Made by a program: the position numbers and the translations under genes
Source of the DNA: Candidatus Methylomirabilia bacterium
GTDB lineage: Bacteria; Methylomirabilota; Methylomirabilia; Rokubacteriales; CSP1-6
NCBI GenBank assembly: GCA_041496385.1
Contig: JBGQEL010000063.1
Coordinates: 1 to 23,413 of the forward strand
DNA length: 23,413 bases
Direction: 5' to 3'
The notes under the pieces: generated by a model
Databases searched by the model: none
What the model saw: only the letters and a program-made list of their open reading frames with translations
What the model was told of the DNA's origin: nothing
Part shown: one piece after another, positions 1-7,749 of the stretch
How the letters are laid out: each line of letters opens with the position of its first letter
Numbering within the stretch: the stretch's first letter is position 1

Positions 1-1
1 C

Positions 2-292
2 GCGCCGGCCCCGGGCGGGGACCGGCGGGCGCTGTCGCACGAGGAGGCCGTGGACCGGCTGGCGGCGCTGGTGAAGAGCTGCCTGCGGCTGGCGGATCCG
101 CTGGACTCGATCACGGAGGACACGGTGCTGGTGGGCGAGGACGTGGGGGTCGACTCGATCGAGATGCTGCGGCTCGTGTGCGCGATCGAGGAGGAGTTCC
201 ACATCAACGTCGACGAGAGCGAGGGCACACGCTCCCACTTCCACACGGTCGGCTCCCTCGCGTCGTTCATCGAGCGTCAGAGCTGGCTGTGA
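2..292 (+). CDS. Acyl/peptidyl carrier protein (phosphopantetheine-binding); probably 5'-partial, alternative GTG start at 50
   Basis: GVDSIEML motif (Ser codon at 155-157), with EEEFHI and FHTVGSL as in ACPs. The frame is open back to position 2 (APAPGGDRRALSHEEAVDRL), and GAGGAGG lies only 2 nt from the GTG at 50, so the true start is likely upstream. Confidence 0.85.
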   Translation, partial: APAPGGDRRALSHEEAVDRLAALVKSCLRLADPLDSITEDTVLVGEDVGVDSIEMLRLVCAIEEEFHINVDESEGTRSHFHTVGSLASFIERQSWL

Positions 293-1776
293 GTCGCGAG
301 ACCCTCCTCGCGCGCGCGCTCGACGACGTCTGGACACGGCAACGCGGCCGCGTGGCGATCCGTGAGGGACCACGCGACCTCACGTTCGAGGAGCTGCTCC
401 GGTGGTCGCAGGCGGTCTGCAGGGCGCTCGAGCCGTTCGTGCGCGCGCCGGGGGAGCGCGTCGCCACGGTGCTCCCGAACTCGGCGGAGTTCGTCGCGGC
501 GTTCGCCGGAATCGCCCGGCTGGGCGCCGTTGTCGCTCCCCTGCACCCGGGCTACCGCGAGCAGGAGCTGCGGTACTACCTGACGGACCTGGCGCCCGCC
601 GCCATCGTCGCCGAGCCGGAGCTGGCGCCCGCCGTGGCGGCGGTCTCCTCCACGCTCGAGCCGAGGCCGGCGCTCCTCACGATCTCGGCGCGCGGTGAGC
701 CGAACGTCCTGGAGGCCGGAGGCGGCGCCCGGCGGGCGATCGCCCGGGCGGGCGGGTCGCCGCCGCTGCTCCAGCAGTACACCTCCGGGTCGACGGGCGT
801 GCCGAAGCGCGTGGTTCGCACGCACGCCAATCTTCTCGCCGAGCTCGAGGTCCTCCGGACCGCCTTCGAGATCGACCCGGAGGATCGCTTCGTCGGCCTG
901 ACGCCCTTCTCGCACGTGAACGGCCTCGTCCGGACGATGCTGGCCTCGATGTACGTGGGCGCCCGCCTGTACCCGCTCCGGGAATTTCACCGCCGGCGAA
1001 CGCTCGATCTGATGACGCGGGAACGCATCACGTTCTTCGGCGGCGTGCCCTCGATGTTCGCGATCCTGAGCCAGACACCCCCGCGCGGCGGCGTCGATCT
1101 GAGCGCGCTGCGACTCGTCTTCTCGTCCAGCGCTCCGCTCTCGGCGGTCGACCGGCAACGATTCCAGACGGTCTACGGTGTCATGCTCCGGCAGCTCTAC
1201 GGGTCAACCGAGACCGGCACGATCAGCTTCAACCGGCAGCCGACGCCGGGGCCCGGCCCGCAGTCCGTCGGCCCGCCCCTGGACGGCGTCCGGATCGCGG
1301 TGGTCGACGGAGGCGGCCGACTGGTCGCCCCCGGCGCCGAAGGAGAGTTCGTCATCCAGAGCCCGTTCGCCGCGTCGGAGTATCTCGACAACCCGAGGGC
1401 GACCCAGGAGAGCTTCGGCGCGGGCGGGTATGCCTCTGGCGATGTCGGCACCGTCGATCCCTCGGGCTACCTGACGATCGTGGGCCGAAAGAAGCTCTTC
1501 ATCAATCGGGGCGGATTCAAGGTGAACCCGTACGAGGTGGAGGAAGCGATCCGCCAGCACCCGAAGGTCTCCGACGTGGTGGTGTTCGGCAGGCCGGGTC
1601 CGTATGCCGAGGAGGTGGTCCACGCCGTGATCGTCACGACCGCGCCGTGTACGCCCGATGAGATCGTCGCTCACTGTCGTGAGCGGATCGCCGACTACAA
1701 GATTCCCGCCCGCATCGAGTTTCGGGACGGTCTTCCCAAGAGCTCGACCGGGAAGATCATCCGGTACCAGGTCTGA
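289..1776 (+). CDS. ANL-superfamily adenylate-forming enzyme (AMP-binding; acyl-CoA/acyl-ACP ligase-like)
   Basis: Motifs YTSGSTGVPK, YGSTETG, SGDVG, GRKK..INRGG and PKSSTGKI. The GTG at 289 overlaps the ACP stop (GTGA). Confidence 0.92.
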   Translation: MSRETLLARALDDVWTRQRGRVAIREGPRDLTFEELLRWSQAVCRALEPFVRAPGERVATVLPNSAEFVAAFAGIARLGAVVAPLHPGYREQELRYYLTDLAPAAIVAEPELAPAVAAVSSTLEPRPALLTISARGEPNVLEAGGGARRAIARAGGSPPLLQQYTSGSTGVPKRVVRTHANLLAELEVLRTAFEIDPEDRFVGLTPFSHVNGLVRTMLASMYVGARLYPLREFHRRRTLDLMTRERITFFGGVPSMFAILSQTPPRGGVDLSALRLVFSSSAPLSAVDRQRFQTVYGVMLRQLYGSTETGTISFNRQPTPGPGPQSVGPPLDGVRIAVVDGGGRLVAPGAEGEFVIQSPFAASEYLDNPRATQESFGAGGYASGDVGTVDPSGYLTIVGRKKLFINRGGFKVNPYEVEEAIRQHPKVSDVVVFGRPGPYAEEVVHAVIVTTAPCTPDEIVAHCRERIADYKIPARIEFRDGLPKSSTGKIIRYQV

Positions 1777-1780
1777 CCCA

Positions 1781-1999
1781 CTAGAGCGGAAAGCTCTCCG
1801 GCGTACGCACGGGTCCGTTCCCGGACGACATGGGCTCCTGCCTGCGGGGCCGGAGGCTCAGCCAGTCTGCGTACGGGTCGGTGTGCTCGCTTCGTCCACG
1901 CCGGGCCCGGGACCATACCAAGCCGCCGAGGGCCACGATCGCTGCACCCAGCGGAAGCGCCGCGGCGATGACTACACGGACCGTCTTCGTCGTCTTCAT
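1781..1999 (-). CDS. Small hypothetical membrane-anchored protein (72 aa)
   Basis: The ATG at 1999 is preceded by a GGAGGG RBS. Basic N-terminus followed by a hydrophobic segment (VVIAAALPLGAAIVALGGLVW). A sigma-54-like promoter lies directly upstream. Confidence 0.6.
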   Translation of the reverse strand: MKTTKTVRVVIAAALPLGAAIVALGGLVWSRARRGRSEHTDPYADWLSLRPRRQEPMSSGNGPVRTPESFPL

Positions 2000-2025
2000 C
2001 TGAGTCCCTCCGGAAAGGGGCTGGG

Positions 2026-2040
2026 GCAAAGAGGGTGCCG
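2026..2040 (-). promoter_or_regulatory. Sigma-54 (-24/-12) promoter candidate for the 1999 ORF
   Basis: Minus strand reads CGGCACCCTCTTTGC, with GG-N10-GC spacing as in the consensus TGGCAC-N5-TTGC. Confidence 0.65.
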
Positions 2041-2253
2041 ACCCCGCCCAGCGCGGCCACGGGCGATGTTCGACGCGGGTTTACCTCTGGCGGTTCCTCC
2101 AGCAGCCGTTCGGGTCCGGCGCGCTGTCGGCCGGTTTCTGGCCATCAGGCTGGCCGGAAGCTTGTCGCCGCGGATTCGGTCCAGGCGAGACCCTCGGGAC
2201 CTACGGACGGAGCGAGTGCAATAGCTTCGCGGCTTTCCCGCGCGGAGGTTCCG

Positions 2254-2268
2254 TGGCACAGCCTGTGC
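2254..2268 (+). promoter_or_regulatory. Sigma-54 (-24/-12) promoter candidate for the receiver gene
   Basis: TGGCACAGCCTGTGC has GG-N10-GC spacing and ends 18 nt upstream of the ATG at 2287. Confidence 0.6.
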
Positions 2269-2286
2269 TCCCGCCCTCTCCCGGCC

Positions 2287-2667
2287 ATGAATCGTCGCGC
2301 TCGGGTGCTCCTGATCGAGAACGAATCACAGCTACGCGAGATCCTTCGCGACGTCCTCACGGTCTGGGGATACGACGTCGACGTCGCCCCGAGCGGCTTG
2401 AATGGGCTGCGCCTCTTCGAAGAAGGCCGCCACGATCTGGTCCTCACCGATTTCCTGATGCCGGGGATGACGGGCTTCGAAGTCGGCGAGGCTCTGCGCG
2501 AGAGCGACCCAGGCGCCCGCATGATCGTGATCGCCGGGTCGCTCGATCGGGAGATCGATCGGACGCCGGGCCACGGCTTCACGCTTCTCAAGAAGCCCTT
2601 CGAGATGCGCGACCTCAAGCTCGCCATGGGCCGCTGCCTCAGAATGTTCGCCAAGGGATCGGCCTAA
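2287..2667 (+). CDS. Stand-alone response regulator receiver (CheY-like), 126 aa
   Basis: RVLLIENE, DLVLTDFLMPGMTG (phospho-acceptor Asp) and LKKPF. No output domain. Confidence 0.88.
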   Translation: MNRRARVLLIENESQLREILRDVLTVWGYDVDVAPSGLNGLRLFEEGRHDLVLTDFLMPGMTGFEVGEALRESDPGARMIVIAGSLDREIDRTPGHGFTLLKKPFEMRDLKLAMGRCLRMFAKGSA

Positions 2668-2707
2668 CCCTCCCTCTCGGCACGCCGTAGCCCCTGCTGT
2701 GAATTGA

Positions 2708-2724
2708 TGTGGATAAGTGGATAA
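2708..2724. promoter_or_regulatory. DnaA-box-like motifs
   Basis: TGTGGATAA at 2708-2716 is the exact reverse complement of TTATCCACA. AGTGGATAA at 2716-2724 has 1 mismatch. Both lie in an AT-rich patch. Confidence 0.5.
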
Positions 2725-2733
2725 CTTTTGTCA

Positions 2734-2762
2734 TTGACAACGACTGCGCGCGCGACTACCAA
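2734..2762 (+). promoter_or_regulatory. Sigma-70-type promoter for a probably leaderless transcript
   Basis: TTGACA (2734-2739), a 17-nt spacer, TACCAA (2757-2762), then 6 nt to the ATG at 2769. No Shine-Dalgarno sequence. Confidence 0.55.
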
Positions 2763-2768
2763 AGCGCA

Positions 2769-2975
2769 ATGAGTGTCGGCGCTCATGACTTCCGCGTGCA
2801 GAAGATCTCCGCGCTGTTCAGCGCGGCCGGCTATCTATGCTCGGCCCTCGATCAACTCGACCTGGGCGCGTACAACGCGTTCGTCGCCGACGTGCAGCAC
2901 CTCCTCGAGGCGATCGACACGGAGATCAAGTGGATGGAGGACGAGCTGAGCAGGGCCGCCTCCCCCGACGCATGA
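2769..2975 (+). CDS. Small hypothetical acidic helical protein (68 aa)
   Basis: GC3-biased codons, promoter directly upstream, and the stop overlaps the next ATG (ATGA at 2972-2975). Confidence 0.65.
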   Translation: MSVGAHDFRVQKISALFSAAGYLCSALDQLDLGAYNAFVADVQHLLEAIDTEIKWMEDELSRAASPDA

Positions 2976-4192
2976 AGGCGTCCGCGCCCGGACGCGTCGA
3001 GCGCCTGAGCCGACGCCAGTTCCTCCAGGGCGCATCTGCGTTGAGTCTCGGCCTCGCCGTCGCCCCGCGCCCCGCCCTCGCCCAGAAGCCGACCGTCAAG
3101 CTCGCGTTCATCGGGCCGCTCACCGGCGGCACCGCGTCGAACGGTCTGGGTGGTCGCAACTCTTTCCTGCTTGCCGTCCAGGAGCGGAACGCGGACCCCA
3201 GGACGAAGCACCGCTACGAGGCCGAGGTGCTCGACGACGAGTGCAAGCCGACCGTGGCGGTCCAGGCGGCGCTCAAGGCGTCGTCCGATCCGGCGATCGT
3301 GGCCGGCGTCACCCACTACTGCTCGGTGACGGCGATCGCGACGGTGGACACGTATCACAAGGCCGGGATGCCCGCGATGGTCTGGGGCGCGGTGCTTCCA
3401 GAGATCACCTACAGCCACGAGTACGTCGAGATCACGCGCGTCAACGGTACGATGATCAACCAGAACCAGATCGCGGCCGAGTTCGCGGTCAAGACGCTCG
3501 GCTTCAAGACCTTCGCGCTGATCCACGACACGACCGACTACGGGCGCGCGCACGCGAAGTGGTTCGGCGAGTTTCTCGACAAGGCCGGCGCGAAGGTGCT
3601 CTCGACGCAGGGCACGGCGAAGGACCAGAAGGACTACGCCGCGGAGCTCACTCGCGCCAAGGCCGACCGGCCCGAGGTCGTCTGGTACGGCGGGCTGACG
3701 CCCGACGGCGTGCGCGTGAAGGTCCAGATGGACAAGCTCGGAGTCCGCGCCCAGTTCCAGGGCACCAGCGGCATCAAGTCCGACACCTTCAACGAGACCG
3801 CCGGCCCGGCGGCCGAGGGCGCGCTCGCGTTCGTCGAGGGCGCGCCGACCGAGAAGCTGCCGGGCGGCCGGCGCTTCCTCGACGCGTACGCCAAGGCGGG
3901 CTTCAAGGAACCCTCCGAGGCCTACGGTCCCTTCGCCTACGTCGCGGCGAATCTCGTCATCGACGCGATCGAGGCGGTGGGTCCGGACCGCGCCAAGGTG
4001 GCCGCCCGGCTCAAGCGCACGAAGAACGCCAACACGATCATCGGGCCGGTCGAGTTCGACGAGCACGGCCAGAACACCGTCCCGCTCATCTCCAAGTACG
4101 TGAGCCAGGACGGCAAGTGGGTGCTCTGGGAGGACTCGGAGTACGCCGCGGGCAAGCGCACGCTGCCCGGGCTCAAGTTCAAGAAGATGTAA
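2972..4192 (+). CDS. livK: Branched-chain amino acid-type ABC transporter substrate-binding protein (LivK/LivJ family), Tat-exported
   Basis: SRRQFL Tat motif and ALA cleavage site. FIGPLTG, DDECKP and HDTTDYG motifs. Followed by permease and ATPase genes. Confidence 0.9.
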   Translation: MKASAPGRVERLSRRQFLQGASALSLGLAVAPRPALAQKPTVKLAFIGPLTGGTASNGLGGRNSFLLAVQERNADPRTKHRYEAEVLDDECKPTVAVQAALKASSDPAIVAGVTHYCSVTAIATVDTYHKAGMPAMVWGAVLPEITYSHEYVEITRVNGTMINQNQIAAEFAVKTLGFKTFALIHDTTDYGRAHAKWFGEFLDKAGAKVLSTQGTAKDQKDYAAELTRAKADRPEVVWYGGLTPDGVRVKVQMDKLGVRAQFQGTSGIKSDTFNETAGPAAEGALAFVEGAPTEKLPGGRRFLDAYAKAGFKEPSEAYGPFAYVAANLVIDAIEAVGPDRAKVAARLKRTKNANTIIGPVEFDEHGQNTVPLISKYVSQDGKWVLWEDSEYAAGKRTLPGLKFKKM

Positions 4193-4203
4193 GCGGCCCC
4201 GGC

Positions 4204-5127
4204 GTGCCGCCCCTCGAGCTGCTCCTCCAGCAGGCGTGGAACGGCGTGATGCTGGGGGTGATGTACGCCCTGATCGCCGTCGGGTTCACGCTGTTCTTCG
4301 GCGTGCTCGACGTGATCCACTTCTCGCACGGCGACATCTTCATGCTCGGCGCCTTCGCCGGCCTCTCGACGCTCCTCGGGCTCGCCGCCATCGGTCTCCG
4401 CGCGCCGCTCCTGGCGCTCCCGCTCGCGTTCGTCGCCGCGGTCCTCGTGACGGGACTCGTCGGCGTTGTCGCCGAGCGCGTCTGCGTGAAGCCACTCGCC
4501 CGCTCGTCGCCACTCATGACGCTGCTGGCGACGCTCTCGCTCGGCCTCGTCATCCGCGAGGGCGTGCTGATCTTCTATCCGCGCGGCGCCGATCCGAAGC
4601 CGTTCCCGCAGCTCCTGCCCCAGGGCGGCTTCGAGGTGGGCGGCCTCGCGATCCGGTACGAGAACCTCGCCATCCTCGGGATCGGCCTCCTGGCGATGGT
4701 CGCGGTGGATCGGATCATCAACCGGACCAGGATGGGCGCCGCGATCCGGGCCGTGGCGCAGGACCCGGAGGCGGCGCAGATGATGGGCGTGAACCTCGAC
4801 CGCACCGTGGACGCGACCTTCTTCCTGGGCTCGGGTCTCGCGGCGGTCGCCGGGATCCTCAGCGGTCTCTACTACAGCGAGATCCACTTCATCATGGGCA
4901 TCACGGCCGGCGTGATCGGCTTCTCCGCGGCCGCCATCGGCGGCCTCGGCAACGTCTACGGCGCGATGCTCGGCGGCCTGCTGTTCGGCGTGCTCCAGAC
5001 GACCGCGGCGGCGCTCATCCCGCGCGGGTCGGAGTTCCGCGACGTCGTCGCCTTTGCCGTCGTGATGCTGTTTCTCATCGTCAAGCCGAGCGGGATCCTC
5101 GGCGAGAAGAGCGCGGAGCGCGTGTGA
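4204..5127 (+). CDS. livH: Branched-chain amino acid ABC transporter permease (LivH)
   Basis: NGVMLGVMYALIAVGFTLFFG, HFSHGD, RAVAQDPEAAQMMGVN and KPSGILG. GTG start at 4204 is inferred. Confidence 0.92.
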   Translation: MPPLELLLQQAWNGVMLGVMYALIAVGFTLFFGVLDVIHFSHGDIFMLGAFAGLSTLLGLAAIGLRAPLLALPLAFVAAVLVTGLVGVVAERVCVKPLARSSPLMTLLATLSLGLVIREGVLIFYPRGADPKPFPQLLPQGGFEVGGLAIRYENLAILGIGLLAMVAVDRIINRTRMGAAIRAVAQDPEAAQMMGVNLDRTVDATFFLGSGLAAVAGILSGLYYSEIHFIMGITAGVIGFSAAAIGGLGNVYGAMLGGLLFGVLQTTAAALIPRGSEFRDVVAFAVVMLFLIVKPSGILGEKSAERV

Positions 5128-6245
5128 TCCTGGTCTTTCTCACCGAGGTCGTCGTCTTCGCGCTCGTCGTCGCCGGGATCCTGGCCGAGCGAAGCCCCGC
5201 GCTCCTCGCGATGGGGGCGGCGCTCGTCGCGGCCGGGAGCCTCGTGAGATTCGTCACGCCGCTTCGCGTCGCGCTCGCGGCGGCGTTCGCCGCACACCGG
5301 ACCGCGGCGCTCGCCGGCGGGGCCCTGCTCGCGCTGGCCCTCCCCCTGGCGCTGCGATCGAGTCCGTACTGGACGTTCGTCGCGACGCTTGCGCTCCTCT
5401 ATGTCACGATCGGCCAGGGCCTGAACCTCCAGATCGGAGCCGCGGGCGTCACGAATCTCGCGGGCGCCGCCTTCGCGGGCCTCGGCGGCTACTCGGTCGG
5501 GCTCCTCACGGTCACGGCCGGCTGGCCGGCGTGGCTCGCCGTCCTCGTCGCGCCATGGGTCGCGGTCGCCGTGGGCGCGATCCTGTTCGTGCCGATCTTG
5601 AAGACGCGGGGCCACTACCTCGCGCTGGTGACGATCGCCTTCGTGTTCATCTTCAACATCCTGATGAACAACCTGGAATTCACCGGCGGGCCGCAGGGGA
5701 TCAAGAACATCCCGACGCTGCGACTCTTCGGCTGGGCCTTCACCGCGAAGCCGTCGATCGCCGGCGTGGAGCTGCCCGCCCACGCCAACTTCTACTACGC
5801 GGCCCTGCTCGCGGCCGGGCTCACGACGTGGGCGCTCCGACGCCTGCACGATTCCTGGCTCGGGCTCGCGCTGAACACGCTCCGGGACGACGAGATCGCC
5901 GCGCGCTGCTGCGGCGTCTCGATCACGCGGGGCAAGCTCCTGGCGTTCTCGATCGGGAACCTCTGGGTCGGTCTCGGCGGCGCGCTCTACGCGGTGATGG
6001 TGGGATTCGTGTCGCCGCCCGACTTCGACTTCGGCTACTCCCTCGTGATGCTCTCGGTCGTCATCATCGGCGGCGTGGACTCGATTCCGGGGGTGGTGCT
6101 CGGGGCCTGCCTCCTGCTGCCGCTCCCCGAGCGCTTCCGCTTCCTCCACGAGTACCGGCTGCTGCTCTACGGCGTCGTCATCGTCGTGATGCTCCTCTAC
6201 CGGCCGCAGGGGCTGTGGCCGGCGGCCGTGCGGCGCTACCGGTGA
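5124..6245 (+). CDS. livM: Branched-chain amino acid ABC transporter permease (LivM)
   Basis: RGHYLALVTIAF, TGGPQGI, RDDEIAARCCGV and YRPQGL. GTGA overlap with livH. Confidence 0.92.
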   Translation: MILVFLTEVVVFALVVAGILAERSPALLAMGAALVAAGSLVRFVTPLRVALAAAFAAHRTAALAGGALLALALPLALRSSPYWTFVATLALLYVTIGQGLNLQIGAAGVTNLAGAAFAGLGGYSVGLLTVTAGWPAWLAVLVAPWVAVAVGAILFVPILKTRGHYLALVTIAFVFIFNILMNNLEFTGGPQGIKNIPTLRLFGWAFTAKPSIAGVELPAHANFYYAALLAAGLTTWALRRLHDSWLGLALNTLRDDEIAARCCGVSITRGKLLAFSIGNLWVGLGGALYAVMVGFVSPPDFDFGYSLVMLSVVIIGGVDSIPGVVLGACLLLPLPERFRFLHEYRLLLYGVVIVVMLLYRPQGLWPAAVRRYR

Positions 6246-7030
6246 GCGCGCCGATCCTCGAGGTCCGAGGTCTCACGGTCCGGTTCGGCGGTCTCGTCGC
6301 GCTCGACGGCGTGGACGTGACGGTCGGGGCGGGCGAGACGGTGGGCGTCATCGGCCCGAACGGGTCGGGGAAGACGACCTTCTTCAACGCCCTCAGCGGC
6401 CTCTACGCGCCCGCGGCGGGGGAGATCGTGTTCCGCGGGCGGCAAATCGTCGGGCTCGAGGCCCACGCGATCGCACGGCTCGGGCTCGCGCGCACCTTCC
6501 AGTCGAGCCGGCTCTGCCTCGGCCTGTCGGTGTTCGACAACATCCTGATCGGCATGCACGCCCAGCGGCGGACCGGGCTCGCCGACGCGGTGTTCCGGCG
6601 CGGCCGCTTTCTCGGGGAGATGCGCGAGGCGCTCGGGCGCGCCGCGCACCTGCTGGCCCTCTTCAACCGCGACCTGCCGGGCCGCGGATTCGAGCGGGTC
6701 GGGCAGCTCCCGCAGATCGATCGTCGGCGGGTGGAAATCTGCCGGGCGCTCGCCGCCGGGCCGGCGCTGCTGCTGCTCGACGAGCCGTCGGCGGGCATGA
6801 GCCCGGACGAGACCGCCGAGCTGATGCGCGACCTCCAGATCGTCCGTGAGGAGCGGCCGGGGCTCTCGATGATCGTCATCGAGCACGACATGTTCGTCAT
6901 CGAGGGCGTGAGCCACCGCGTCGTGGCGTTCAACTATGGCCGGAAGATCGCGGAGGGCCCGTTCACGGCCGTCGCGGCCGACGACGAGGTGCGCGAGGCG
7001 TACCTCGGCACGGAGCGCGCGGGTGCTTGA
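6242..7030 (+). CDS. livG: ABC transporter ATP-binding protein (LivG)
   Basis: Walker A GPNGSGKT, ARTFQ, LLLLDEPSAG, IEHDM and C-terminal VREAYLG. GTGA overlap with livM. Confidence 0.93.
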   Translation: MSAPILEVRGLTVRFGGLVALDGVDVTVGAGETVGVIGPNGSGKTTFFNALSGLYAPAAGEIVFRGRQIVGLEAHAIARLGLARTFQSSRLCLGLSVFDNILIGMHAQRRTGLADAVFRRGRFLGEMREALGRAAHLLALFNRDLPGRGFERVGQLPQIDRRRVEICRALAAGPALLLLDEPSAGMSPDETAELMRDLQIVREERPGLSMIVIEHDMFVIEGVSHRVVAFNYGRKIAEGPFTAVAADDEVREAYLGTERAGA

Positions 7031-7727
7031 CCTCCGCGACGTCGCCACGCGCTACGGGCCCATCACGATGCTCCGGCGCGTGTCGCTCTCGCTCGACGGA
7101 GGGCGGATCGCCTGCCTGCTCGGGCCGAACGGCGCGGGCAAGACCACGCTGATCCGGACGATCCTCGGCATCGTCCGGCCCGTCGAGGGCGAGATCCGCT
7201 TCGAGGGCCGGCGTATCGACCGGCTCCGTACCCACGAGATCGTCGAGCTGGGTATCGGCGTGGTGCCGGAGGGCCGCCGCGTCTTCCCGAAGATGACGGT
7301 CGAGGAGAACCTCCGCATGGGCGCGTTCGTCGAGTGGGCGCCGCGGGACCTCGCGGCACGCCGGGATCACGTGTTCGCGCTCTTTCCCCGGCTTGCCGAG
7401 CGCCGCGGACAGAAGGCGGCGACGATGTCGGGCGGGGAGCAGGCGATGCTGGCCATGGGGCGTGCGCTCATGAGCCGGCCGAAGCTCCTCCTGCTCGACG
7501 AGCCCTCGCTCGGTCTCGCGCCGGTGCTGGTGGACCAGCTCTTTCGCATGGTGCAGGCGATCAACCGGAGCGGGACGACGGTGTTCCTCGTCGAGCAGAA
7601 CGCACGCAAGACGCTCGAGATCGCCCACCACGGCTTCCTGCTCCAGAAGGGCGAGATCGTCGGCCGCGGTAGCGCCGCGGAGCTGGCGGGCTCCGAGATC
7701 GTGCGCCACGCGTATCTCCGCGCCTGA
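7023..7727 (+). CDS. livF: ABC transporter ATP-binding protein (LivF)
   Basis: GPNGAGKT, VPEGRRVF, MSGGEQ, LLLLDEPSLGLAP and VEQN. Confidence 0.93.
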   Translation: MLDLRDVATRYGPITMLRRVSLSLDGGRIACLLGPNGAGKTTLIRTILGIVRPVEGEIRFEGRRIDRLRTHEIVELGIGVVPEGRRVFPKMTVEENLRMGAFVEWAPRDLAARRDHVFALFPRLAERRGQKAATMSGGEQAMLAMGRALMSRPKLLLLDEPSLGLAPVLVDQLFRMVQAINRSGTTVFLVEQNARKTLEIAHHGFLLQKGEIVGRGSAAELAGSEIVRHAYLRA

Positions 7728-7734
7728 GCCGCGC

Positions 7735-7740
7735 TAGAAT
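7735..7740 (+). promoter_or_regulatory. -10 element (TAGAAT) ahead of a short-leader or leaderless gene
   Basis: TAGAAT sits in a 22-bp intergenic gap, 9 nt before the ATG at 7750. No SD sequence. Confidence 0.5.
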
Positions 7741-7749
7741 CCCCCTGCG

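Noticed and set aside
2698..2740. Chromosomal replication origin (oriC)
   Set aside because: Only 2-3 boxes in a gap of about 100 bp, no extended AT-rich unwinding region, and no dnaA/dnaN/gidA-type neighbours. Kept only as a regulatory candidate.
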